NCBI GenBank assembly: GCA_964270895.1 | Contig: OZ185439.1 | Source of the DNA: Podarcis filfolensis | Taxonomy: Eukaryota | Reading direction: 5' to 3' (one strand) | Length of the DNA stretch: 64,000 nucleotides | Shown: one piece after another, positions 1 through 11,028 of the stretch | Numbering within the stretch: position 1 is the first letter of the stretch | How the letters are laid out: every line of letters starts with the position of its first letter | The notes under the pieces: model-generated | Told to the model about the DNA's origin: nothing | Databases searched by the model: none | What the model saw: only the letters and a program-made list of their open reading frames with translations | Program-made: the position numbers and the translations under genes

Positions 1-810
1 TATGCAGAAGTAGCATCAATTGCAGTGGTACTTACTCTTGAGTAAGTGTGCCTAGGATTGCAGCCTAAGAGAGTTACTCAAAGCTAGTTCAAGATGCTTC
101 TTTACTGACTTTTAATGGCCAGAATTTAATTACGGAGCATAGTTGTTTTGTATTAAATACACCTTCCATCTTTGGGTGAGTTTTGGAGAGGGCACTTGTA
201 AATTGCAACTTGGCCAGTAAAGAGAACCCAAGTCCGAGCTTTGCAGCTAGTTAACAAAAAGGCAACGTGGTGGGGAGGGATGCTTTTTATTTTCCAAGAA
301 ATGCGTATTATTACTTAGGAGGGAAATGTTGCATTTTTAGTAACATTAAAACAAATTGATTTATTCCCATCATCTGTGGCCATAGTAAATCAACTGTGAA
401 GCATATTTCGGTTTAAAGAGAGACTTACATTTCCCCAAGTGGCTTCAGTTTACATTTACTTTTGCAATAGCAATCAGTGTGGAGAAACCCACTGCAAAAT
501 TATGCTGTTTCTGGCTTGCCTTAAAAATTTCTCCCGAGGATGACTCTCCAGATTCACTTCGAAATTCATTTTAGGTGATAGTGAAATCTAATGACAGTCT
601 TAGGATGTTCAGAACCCTCCTGGGTTCTTTCACTAGGTGAAGATAAACTCTTGTATCTTCCTTGGAAATTTCTTAGATGATCTCCTTAATCAGCTGTGAC
701 CTTCATCTTAGATGGAATTCCAGAGCTGTTTTAGCTGACTGATTCTAGTTCCACTGAATTTTTCAATGGTTCTGTTTTATTCAATGGAAGACAACTGTGT
801 CTTTTGCACA

Positions 811-813
<3 letters not shown>

Positions 814-845
<32 letters not shown>
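814..845. repeat. (GT)16 microsatellite
   Basis: Direct reading. Confidence 0.97.
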
Positions 846-850
<5 letters not shown>

Positions 851-1174
851 CACATCTCACAGGCTTGAGCTTCCCCAGCACACCTTTGCTTACTCTGAAA
901 GTGACTGAGGCTAGTGGCTCCTCCCTGCCCCCCAATTGCCTCTTACCACAAAAAGAATTGCCCTTATGCTTACTTATAATGGGTAAAATATATATTTCAA
1001 AGATCTTACACTACAGTTTAGATTATCACGATGCGTGATTAGCTTTGAGTCATTCTTTTGTATTTTAAATGCTGCATTTCATGGTTATCAAAGGTGCATA
1101 ATTTGTAGTTATTAGAGGGAATACAGAAAATTCGTAGTGTGCGTGTGTGTGTGTATTTTCCAAGAATCTTAAGA

Positions 1175-1335
1175 CAGACTCAGAATCACAGGATCATCTA
1201 GTCCAACCCCCTGCAATGCAGGAATCTCAAGTAAAGTATCCATGGCAGATGGCCATCCAACCTCTACTTAAAAACCTCCAAGGACAGACCACCACCTTCC
1301 AACAGAGTCCATTCCACTGTCGAACACCTCTTACA
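1175..1335 (-). mobile_element. CR1 LINE 3' fragment
   Basis: GATCATCTAGTCCAACCCCCTGC...GGCCATCCAACCTCTACTTAAAAACCTCCAA...CCACCACCTTCC, the reverse complement of a CR1 3' end. Confidence 0.8.
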
Positions 1336-1472
1336 TTCATGCTAGGAATGTTATCAGGAAGAAAAGCAAGACATGATTTTTAGCATTACTTTGCTCCATG
1401 TCCAGCTGCAGCGCTCTGATCCTTTACTGCCACTCTTGCTGCATGGAGATGTTCTGGATGCTTGCTTCACAA

Positions 1473-1517
1473 GATTTATATACCACTTGATTGCAATAAA
1501 ACCTCAAAGTGGTTTTC
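1473..1517 (-). mobile_element. L2-type LINE 3' tail
   Basis: ATTTATATACCACTTGATTG...CTCAAAGTGGTTT, the reverse complement of the same tail type as at 14060. Confidence 0.55.
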
Positions 1518-1753
1518 GGAAAGAATGAAACTATCAGTAAAAAGCATTTGAAAACATCTGTTTGAAATGTAGGGGGTGGGATATTTAAAATGGTAAGCTG
1601 AAGACCATATTAAAATGCTTGTCGACATTCTATTGGTCTGGATAGGCTTGCCTAAACAAACATGCTTTTAGCAGGCACCGAAAAGAGTACATTGAAGGTG
1701 CCTTCCTGATTTCTAAAGAGCCCGGCCTCCCTCCCCCAAGCCTGAAATGTTGC

Positions 1754-1920
1754 CATAGGAACACGGGGAGCTGCCTTATACCATGGGTCCAGCTACACTG
1801 ACAGGCAGCGGTTTTCCAGGATTTCAGACTGGGATCTCCCCCTGCCTTACCTGGAGATGCTAGGGATTCAGCTGGGCCTGCTGTGTTCAAAGCAGGTGCC
1901 TTACCACTGAGCTGAAGTCC
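1754..1920 (-). mobile_element. tRNA-derived SINE resembling Anolis SINE2/Squam2
   Basis: Reverse complement AGCTCAGTGGTAAGGCACCTG...CATCTCCAGGTAAGG...GAAATCCTGGAAAACCGCTGCC...TATAAGGCAGCTCC...GTTCCTATG. Family name from memory. Confidence 0.75.
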
Positions 1921-2057
1921 TTCTCCACAGCCCAGGGTGCTGTGTCTCCCCTGTTCATTACACTGACTATGCACAAATGAGTCCTTCCTTCTGGTAGGCT
2001 TTGTCATCTTAACAGCATAACTGGAAAAGCACTGCCAACTACAGATCTATAGAGATA

Positions 2058-2733
2058 CTGTATTTTTCACTCTATAGGACGCACTTTCCCCCCTCCAAAA
2101 ATTAAGGGGAAATGTGTGTGCATCCTATGGAGCGAATGTAGGCTCCTTGGCTTCAGCGATAGCAACGCAAAGCCTCCGAAGCACAGAGGGAGCGCTCCCT
2201 CCGCACTCTGGAGGCTTCGCGTTGCTTTCGCTGAAGCCTGGAGAGCGAGAGGGGTCGGTGCGCACCGACCCCTCTCACTCTCCAGGCTTCAGGGATAGCC
2301 ACCTGAAGCCTTTGGAGCGCAGGGGGACCTCGCGCTGCGCTCCAAAGGCTTCAGGTTCCTTTTGCTGAAGCCGGGAGAGCAAGACTCTCCTGGCTTCAGC
2401 AGAGAGGGAGAGCTGCGCAGTGCCCCTTCAGCCAAGCGGGAGGAGAAATAGAAGGGGCTCCGTTTCTCCTGCCGCTTCGCTGAATGGGCACTGAGCAGAG
2501 AGGGGGAGAATTTTTTTTTTCCTGTTCTCCCCCTCCTATGGTCCGGTGCATCCTATGGTCCGGTGCATCCTATAGAGCAGTGTTTCCCAACCTTGTGCCT
2601 CCAGCTGTTCTTAGACTACAATTCCCATCATCCCTTGCCACTGGTCTTGCTAGTCAGGGATGATGGGAGTTGTAGTTCAAAAACAGCTAGAGGCACAAGG
2701 TTGGGAAACACTGCTATAGAGTGAAAAATACGG
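2058..2733. mobile_element. Non-autonomous Tc1/mariner (Tc2-like) element with TA TSDs; hosts a nested hAT MITE
   Basis: The left TIR CTGTATTTTTCACTCTATAGGACGCAC matches the reconstructed right TIR at 25/27. TA at 2056-57 and 2734-35. GC-rich interior with repeated GCTGAAGCC/GGCTTCAGC motifs. Confidence 0.85.
2578..2713. mobile_element. hAT MITE (136 bp hairpin)
   Basis: Perfect 24-bp TIR CAGTGTTTCCCAACCTTGTGCCTC. 8-bp TSD CTATAGAG at 2570-77 and 2714-21. Confidence 0.95.
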
Positions 2734-3695
2734 TAATATGTGTATGGGAAAAAGAGGCTTCCGTTGTTTGGTGCTAGTGGAACAATGCCATTAACTACAT
2801 AAAGAAATTGATGATTAGCCATCATATATAGCATAAAACTCTTGTTCAATAATAACAGTCATTGTTATCCATCAGTCTGTACCTATTATCAGGTAACATA
2901 AATCCATACTCCCTGTAATACGTTATTGTAAAAGGTATTTATTTTAATGGAAGGCAGTGGCATAATAGGTATTTCAGCAAGGGGCAGTGTAGCATAATGT
3001 TTCTGATGTGTTTTGTATTTCAACATGGCATCATTTCTGCGCAATCTGAACATTCTCTTGCAGACTGTAAGAGATTTTATTAGCTCTTTTCATTCCAATT
3101 ATTATTACTTATTTATTCTTAAATTTAAATACAGCACATAAAAAGTGTTTCTTTGTAATAAAAAAGTGAAGAAGGAAAAATAAATACAAGGGTACAATTA
3201 ACAACTGCAATTTTTAACATACTGTATTTTGTGTAAATGAGTTCCAAATTTAATTCTATTTGTCCATGCAAAGTTTATGTCTATAAGCAGTCCATTCATC
3301 AGTTGGCATGTGTAGTCAGATCTTCAATCCATTGAATAAATAGAGCTGCACATTTATCTTTCCAATGCATCTATATCAGAATCCATTTTTGTTGCCCAGT
3401 TGTCAAATTCCATATAGTAGGTATGTTGTTCAAAAGAATATTATCCTCTTAAATTTCAGTTCCAATTTACTTCCAATTATGAGGAAGTACTTTTTATTTA
3501 TCACACAGCACCTGGTTAATATGTTTCACTTCCTTGTGGCCACTGTGAAGGAATATAACTTTAGGTACTTGCATTGACCAAAGGAAAAACTGGTATGCAG
3601 CATGCAAGGTTCAGCCTGTGTTCTGCATGCTTTCTCTCAGGGCTGGACCAAGGTCTTACTGGATTGGTCTACACAGTTGTTGCTTTTTTTACTGT

Positions 3696-3724
3696 TTGTT
3701 GTTGTTGTTGTTGTTGTTGTTGTT
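3696..3724. repeat. (TTG)n microsatellite
   Basis: Direct reading. Confidence 0.95.
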
Positions 3725-6700
3725 TTGAAGAGAAGCTTATTTCTCCAGTATGTTTGCTTCCCCATAAAACCAAAAGCAAAGCATCTGTTGTATTCTGGTT
3801 ACTCTTATTCTGAGATATCGGCTCATTCTTTCAGTATCTTCTTTGTCCTGTGTAACTACAAAGACTTCTTGCCCGTCACACAAGTTTAGGGCCCATACAA
3901 ATGTGATGTTTAAATACACAAACGCCTTCAGCACGCCTGTTTTCCGCATTGTAATAGGAGCAGCTGCAAGAAGGGTTTGTGGAAGAAAGCGGGATCGGGA
4001 CCGCAGGGAGAGCAATAATCCTTCCCCCTCCCCATGGCATTCTCGTTGAAAATGATGCCCACCCCACCACCCCACCGAAGCTGTTATTAGCCTCAGAGCT
4101 CTTGGATTAATAGCAGCTTTGAGGGTGGACAATTTCATAGCTCTAAAACCACATTTCATTCCAATACAGGCTGTCTGCAGTATCCTTACAGCCGCATTGG
4201 CTGGCCACTGTAGCTAAGTAGTGAGCAAGGAGAGGGCTTATCAGCACCCCAATACATTCCCCCCTCCCTCTGTTGCCACTTAACATCACAGCAGCTCCCT
4301 CTTCCTGCTTCACTTAATGCTCAGCAATGGCTACTTAACAGCATTTGGAATGTCATATTCCAGTTCCTCAAATATAGGCAGCCGCAATTTACATATTGTA
4401 CAAATGGTTTGCTAATTATACCAATTTTGCTCTGAGTTTTGTGTGGAGAAAGCATACTTTTTTGGAGTCTTTATGAACAAGTGCAAGGAATAGGCACACA
4501 CGTTGATGAATCACAAGGCTTCTGCAGGCCACTGAAAATTAAGATATGGTCTGGGAGGTGTTTGAAAGGGCAAAATATTGGCCCAGGCTATTTTGGGCTG
4601 GAAATCCCTACCAGCCCATTGACAGAAAATGACCAGATGGGGCATTTTTTAGTTTTGTCTGCCCCTTTGCCTTGCCCCACTCCCTGGTTCTGTACATTTG
4701 GTGCTCGGAAGATTTGCTGAGCACCGGAAAAAGTGTCCCACGATTTGATCACAACACAGAACCCAGAAAGTGGCTCCAGTAGCAGACACCATCCCATTGC
4801 AAGGTGGCGAGGTGAGAGTGCAGCGGGCAGGCCTTTTCTCCATGGAGACCTGGCCTGGCACAAGGGTGTGCTTTGCATTGGTTTTAATTGTGCCTCATTG
4901 CAGTTTTATTCATGTACACATCTGCGGGCCCTACCAAACACACAAAGCTGGTCAAAAACAAGAGAGGGGAGACGGTAGCACCAGAAAATGTGATGAATGT
5001 TGAGGCCTATAAAAATGCAGTTTAAGCACATTTTAAGGCTCCATTTGCCTTACCCTGTACACCTGACATTTTCATACTAGTTAAAAAGTAATTGTACTCA
5101 GGACCTGGAATTTCCGTTAACATCGTCTGCTAAAGAAATTGTTGAAATACGTATTGCAGAAGCGGGGAGGGAAGACTGCTGTGGTTATTACAGCTGCTGC
5201 TCAGGGGAGCTATTCAGATGCCTCATTTATTGGAGCTTAATAGATTAAAAGTCCAAATTGAGTCTCATGAAATAAGCCTAATCAAATTCTAATCTGCATA
5301 ATTTCCCCATAAGTGGCAATGGGAATTTTTTTTATATAATTTATGTTTGAGCAGTTGCCAGTCATGTGTTAAACGGCATTGTTGTGTTTACTTAACAAAA
5401 TATGTTTTGTTCTTTGTTTGCACTGTTTTTATTTTTGCTTTGCTTTTTTCTCACTTAAAAAGCCAGGTGCCTATAGAAGTCTTCCCTAAGTTGCATTTAA
5501 AATTCCCTTTCTGAAACAGTGAGCTTCTGTTTACAACTCATTGAGAACCTGCCTTAGCAAAGGATTAGTAAGGATTAATGCAGTTTAATTAATTTGAGCA
5601 CAGGTCACAATTTCATAATACCAAGACTAAATTTAACACTGGTTTGTACCAGAAAGCAAACAGAGGTTGGATAAGAATTTCAAAATCATGATAATTACAC
5701 TCAGATCTTGTGAAATGGTTCATTCATGCCAAGTGGAACATACCAGTAGTCAAATAACATAATCAGTATTCAAGTCTGCTGCTTGTTGCGTTTGCCCAGG
5801 AGAATGTATTTAGGCATGTATGTGACTTTCCCAAGAAATTTCTTGCTGAAATTTCTTACCACCTCTGAAAATCCCTTGGATGTTTGACCAAAGCAGGAAC
5901 CACCAATTTTATCCTGAAATTTCACTGTAATCCTATTTCAATGACAACGCTTTTTTTAAAATGAAGGAACAACTAGATGTGATACTAAGAAAGCTATGGT
6001 AGGATTTCCCACTGTTCTAAAAAGTTTAAGAGCAGTCTTGCATCCTTCCATCCCTTCATTTTCCTTATAAAAATCCCTCGTGTATCTGCTATTTGTCCTG
6101 TGGGAGAAACATAGAAGGACATTGTTGTATCTGCCCCCCTCCACCCCAGAAATAACAGGGGTGGGGTTTTTTGGGGGTGGGGGGGTTTATATGGAAATTG
6201 GGAGGGAAATTAAGCACCTGCTCCTTAAACACTGTAGTTCAGATTAGATTTGAAGCTCCCATAGCAATTATTAAACTTTTTAAAAGAAGCAAGGCTATTA
6301 AACTTTTTAACAATTAGCCACACACAATCGCTTTGTCAAATGTGAAATAGCTCTGAATGACACATTTTGTGGGGCAAATATATGAAAATCAGGGAGAAAG
6401 TGGGTCAAATTTGTGTCTTCATGCACATCTGTGTATATACGGGGTATATCCTTTGGATAGCACTGTGTAAAAAAACTGACCTTCCCCTTCACGTTTCAGA
6501 AGTCTTTAACCTGAACGTATCTGCTAACTGGATTCCCCCACTCCTTCCATTACACATTGGGTATATATGTGAGGGTGCCAGCTAAAATATAGCTATTAGC
6601 CCCAACTGTCTGGTTAACTTTAGTTTGGGAAGCGGTAATTTCCACACTGGCTAAATACACGACTTGCTTTTGTCTCTCCTCGAAAATACTGTTAGTCTAC

Positions 6701-7999
6701 TGTGCAGAGTTTAATACCTAAAGAGCACTCTGCCCTGGGGTCTGTTCCCCTTGGTGGTGGGTTAAGCGTTTCCCTGTTTGTAGCCTATGAAATTGGCTTA
6801 TAAAACTTAGTTTTCCTGCTCTCTTGATGATAGGTGTATGATGTCAGGGTGAACCCTTTCTAAAGGGGTGTTCAGAGGGGTGCCCATAGAGGTAGCAGAA
6901 GCCATAGAGCAGAGGGCCCAGAAGTCAAGCAAGGAAAAAACATGATTCCTTTTGAGCATAAATGGCCTTTCAGTGAAGGAAAAGAATATATTCCTTTAAG
7001 ACTACAAGAAATAATGGTATGTGTGGTTTTTTGTTTTCGTAAGCAGCTTTAGTTTAGTGTGTTGTGTAACTGGGATTAAGAGAAAATAATAAAGATGTGC
7101 TTTAATATTAAGAGGTTAGATCCAATCAGCCTTTTTTGCTTGTGTCTGCGGAAGTCACTGCTTTCGTCTCTTGCTCTGCAGCTTCTGATCACCAGGACTG
7201 GCTTTTTAGAGGCTGCAGCCAGAAGCGGGCAGGATTCCCCATATCCTGACTGGAACATAGACTAAGGGTCCAAGCCAATATCCTCGATACTATTTAAATA
7301 TAATAAATATGGCAACTCCTTCCAACACTGGGTGGTAGCTATCAAACTGCAAGATGTCTCACACTGCCTTCAGTAGCTCATATAAGCTTTTGGCACAATT
7401 AAAAATTAAATTGAATAAATAGATATAAATTTAATGTAATTGTCCCCCCTAGCAACCTACCAATTAAAGCTGCCCTTTTCTCAGGCCCAGGTCATGTAAT
7501 TTCCATAACATATGATGATGTTTTTGAAGATGATGGTGGTGCTGAAGAAGGAAAAAAGTTTATTTAATGGTCCACTGAGAGACTCCCCAGCCATTTTCAA
7601 GTGGTTAGCAGAGGAAGGGCTTGGAGTGTGAGAATGACTGTTCTAGACAATAAACTGAAGCAACTGCTAGCATTGTGGCTCCTAATTAATGTGGGGTTGT
7701 TTTATGAACCAAAGGAAAATCAACAATAACAGTCACCCCTCTTCAGTTTTATGGGCCCTAATATTTAAGCTTGGATGACTGAAAACATGAGAAGGCAAAT
7801 GAAAATGGATATTTTGAGTAAAGCGTGTCATTTCTGAATGAAGGAGGGCTCTGTGAAGTAGAAGAGAATCTCTTCACATCCCCAAACAGCACTTACATCT
7901 CATGACTTAGCCTGTTTCTGGTGCTGTAATGAAATACTGCTTTCCTAATACCCTGTGACCTGAATTCCTTCCTGCTTTGTGGGTGCTATTCCTTGACGT

Positions 8000-8133
8000 N
8001 NNNNNNNNNNNNNNNNNNNNNNNNNNNNNNNNNNNNNNNNNNNNNNNNNNNNNNNNNNNNNNNNNNNNNNNNNNNNNNNNNNNNNNNNNNNNNNNNNNNN
8101 NNNNNNNNNNNNNNNNNNNNNNNNNNNNNNNNN
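8000..8133. other. Assembly gap (134 N)
   Basis: Run of N. Confidence 1.
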
Positions 8134-9834
8134 TGAATTCGCACAGCTGTCACTTGCAGTTTTTCATACTTTCAAATAAAAGTTGTGATAAAACAGTTTA
8201 TGTTTCCTTCACTTTTTTATTTTTATTTTTTTTGAAGGAAGAAAATAGGCAGCATCTAAAATTTATGCTTTGGGCTGGCTAGAAAAGACTGCAAAGAGGA
8301 TGTTCCTGGAGGAGGGAAGGAGGACCTACTGCCTACCTCTCTTCTCCCTGCCAGCTCTCTAAGCGAATGGAAATAATAACACTTAACATTTATATGAATA
8401 AGCAAATCATTTCCCCTGGCAACCCTGGAGTGGACTTGTTTCATTCCTGTTGCTCTAAAGGCGCATTTATTTTATTGAAATATGGCACCCCCAGACTGGC
8501 AAACCAGACGACCTTTATTAATTTATTTTGGTGAGGAAATGCCAACCAGCCATTTAATTCCATGCACTGAGTGCTCTGTTTCTGAGTGAAAAGATTACTC
8601 GCAAATGTTTTAAACAAATACATTTGTATACAGTTGTGTAGAACTAGCTTTCATTCAGGGAGAAAGTGCAAGCCATTTTTTCTTCTGTGCATTTGCTTTG
8701 TGTATACAATTTGAAATTATAAAGCTGCTGACAGTCTCACAGAAATGTCATATGCGTTTCAAACAAACACTGGAGAGGGGATAGTGGGGGTGGGTGGGTT
8801 GAGGCTAAAAGCTGGCTTGCTGCGGTGAGTAGGAAGAGTCCATGTATTTATATTGCAGCCATATTTTGCTTAGAGAAGAATGCAAAGGACTACCAGTTCC
8901 ACTTTGGAGAAGCTCTGAATAATGCAGCCAACTATAGCCTGATTTTCTCCTGTTTCCAAAAACTCTTTTCAAACACTGCTGGTCAGATACACCTAATAGA
9001 CAGCAATAGAGCACAAAAGGTCGAAGTGTTTCACTTCTTGGCCTTGACTGGTGACGTATAGATTTCCTCCCTGGGGCAGCATACGGATATTCAGGGGGTG
9101 GAGCCTTGTAGAGCAAGTAAGGCCAAGGGTAAGGATAGCAGCACAGCCCTGTTCCTTGTTTTAATTACCTTTTAAACTGATTAACCATTCTGTCGTATGA
9201 TAAGGTCTGTAAGATAGCATGGCATGGAAAGGCATAGGTCACCACAGAGATTTCAGTCCACTAATCTGAAATAACAATTCCAAGCTCGGTCGATGGTCTG
9301 CAGGTGCCATTATTATGTCTGATGTTAATTAGGTCCTGTCAATGCTGCAACTCAGCTAGGTATCCCTTACATACCATTCTGAGCTTCTTGGAGCAATCAA
9401 AACCAGCTTGGTTCTGATTTTTTTATTGATAAGGAATACATGGGGGGGGGGGAGGGAATCCAACCAGGATTGTCCTCCGTATCACTTGATGTTCTTGCTC
9501 TCATTTTGAAAATATATTTATCCACATTCTGTAAATAAAAACAATTCTGTTGATACTGTACTATACTACACCATACTGAACTGTTTCATTGTTTCTTGGA
9601 TTGCCCTTGAGACTCCTGCCACACCATTGCCACACCCTCTGAGAACCCCTGGCCTAAGAAGATGATAATGGAGATCTGGACAGGCACATGTAGAGACATG
9701 CAATCCTTCTGATAAGCTGGTCCCATGCCAAAGAAGGGTTTTGAAAGCAAAGTAAATAAAATAAAATTGAAAGCTGTTAAATAAGTGGTAACCCAGTGTA
9801 ACGCCTAAATTTTGGCATGATGTTTTCTCCGCAG

Positions 9835-9948
9835 GGTTTTCACCACCAGGAATGGACAGATCATCACCAGACAACAGCCCGGTGCATGGCCTTCTACGTC
9901 AGCACTCCATCACAACAGGAATTGATATCCCTATTATAACAGAATTAG
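9835..9948 (+). CDS. KCNMA1: KCNMA1 constitutive exon (RCK2 linker, phase 1-1, 114 nt)
   Basis: tctccgcag|GG...TTA G|gtaaga. Translates (G)[37 protein letters not shown], matching the Slo1 segment [19 protein letters not shown]...IPIITEL. Confidence 0.97.
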
Positions 9949-10944
9949 GTAAGAGAAATTGAAGGTGATCTGTTCTTGTTTGCTCATTTCTTTACCCTCC
10001 TTCTCTCCCTCTTTGCCAGCCTAAGGAAATGAACACAGGTCATACGTAGTACCTTTCATTTAATGTACTGATGTTTAATTATTCTTGTGAAGGAAGGGGC
10101 GGGGGGAAACAATGATTAAGCAAGCTCTTTCACTGAAGCCTGAACATAATTTTATTTCTTCCCTTATTTGGTGACAGATCTTCAGAATCTGCTCTATAAA
10201 ACAAAGCTTGGATGCACCACCAGAGGGGGAACAAAAATCAGTGCCAAGAGTGGGGCTGATCCCTACATTCAGACAGAAGTATGGGTGGGAAACCTGCCAC
10301 AGCTAGAAGGTCCACAGGCTACTGCCTACCATTACACTCTGTTGTTTGCCCCTTGCCTTTCAACAAAACCACCTTAACACTTCCCCCCATCCCTTGCGGG
10401 TGGTTGTGGTAGTAAGAGCCATTGCACTGAGTGCAATTATCCCCCAGTTTATACTTGCCCGCTGGATTACAGCACCCCTGTGGGCAAATGCAGAATTGCA
10501 CATCTGTTTATTAGGACCGATGTGCCAGAGTAGGTGTGGCTCTTTGGTTGTAGAGGAAATGCAACCATTTGCCCCGTGTGCTACCTGCATCTTAACCAAA
10601 AATAAATATTTGCTTGTTCATTCCTCTGCTCTTATGCTGACAAATTAATAACTAATTTGTTCCGTAATGGCATTGGGAGTGTTATCATGGAGAATGTGGC
10701 GACCGTTTGCTTGTTTCCCATTTCTGCTGTGGCATTAGACTAGTGAGTGTTGTCAAGCAGTGTGAAGCGTGAAAGCCATTCTGTTTCTCATAGTAAAGGC
10801 AAGCTTGATTTGTAGTCCTTTTGTCCTGTTCACTTTCTTTCCATTTAGTTTCAGACCTTACCTGTCTTATCCCTTACTTTATTCTCTTTCTGTGCCTTCT
10901 TTCCCCTTCCACCCCAATCCCCTCCTAAACACTTTACTTATTAG

Positions 10945-11028
10945 CTAAGCCTGGCAAACTTCTGCCTTTGGTTTCAATCAGTCAGGAAAAAAACAGTGGA
11001 ACTCACATTCTAATGATAACTGAACTGG
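10945..11028 (+). CDS. KCNMA1: KCNMA1 alternative cassette exon upstream of the calcium bowl (28 aa; Ca27/SV27 homologue)
   Basis: ttattag|CT...CTG G|gtaaga, 84 nt, symmetric phase 1. Translates AKPGKLLPLVSISQEKNSGTHILMITEL, the sauropsid-type version of the mammalian 27-aa insert. Confidence 0.95.

Larger units (their letters stand above)
1..9834 (+). other. KCNMA1: Distal part of a long KCNMA1 intron; the preceding exon (GTPLSRADLRAVN...) was not found in the window
   Basis: No match to the upstream Slo1 exon was seen in 1-9834, and the first recognisable exon starts at 9835. Confidence 0.8.

Noticed and set aside
8000-8133. Missing upstream KCNMA1 exon hidden in the N gap
   Set aside because: It cannot be excluded, but the exon (about 190 nt) is longer than the stated gap and the corresponding mammalian intron is long, so it more likely lies upstream of the window.
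10217-10230. CTCF-like CCACCAGAGGGGGA near the cassette exon
   Set aside because: It mismatches at the strongly conserved C following the core.
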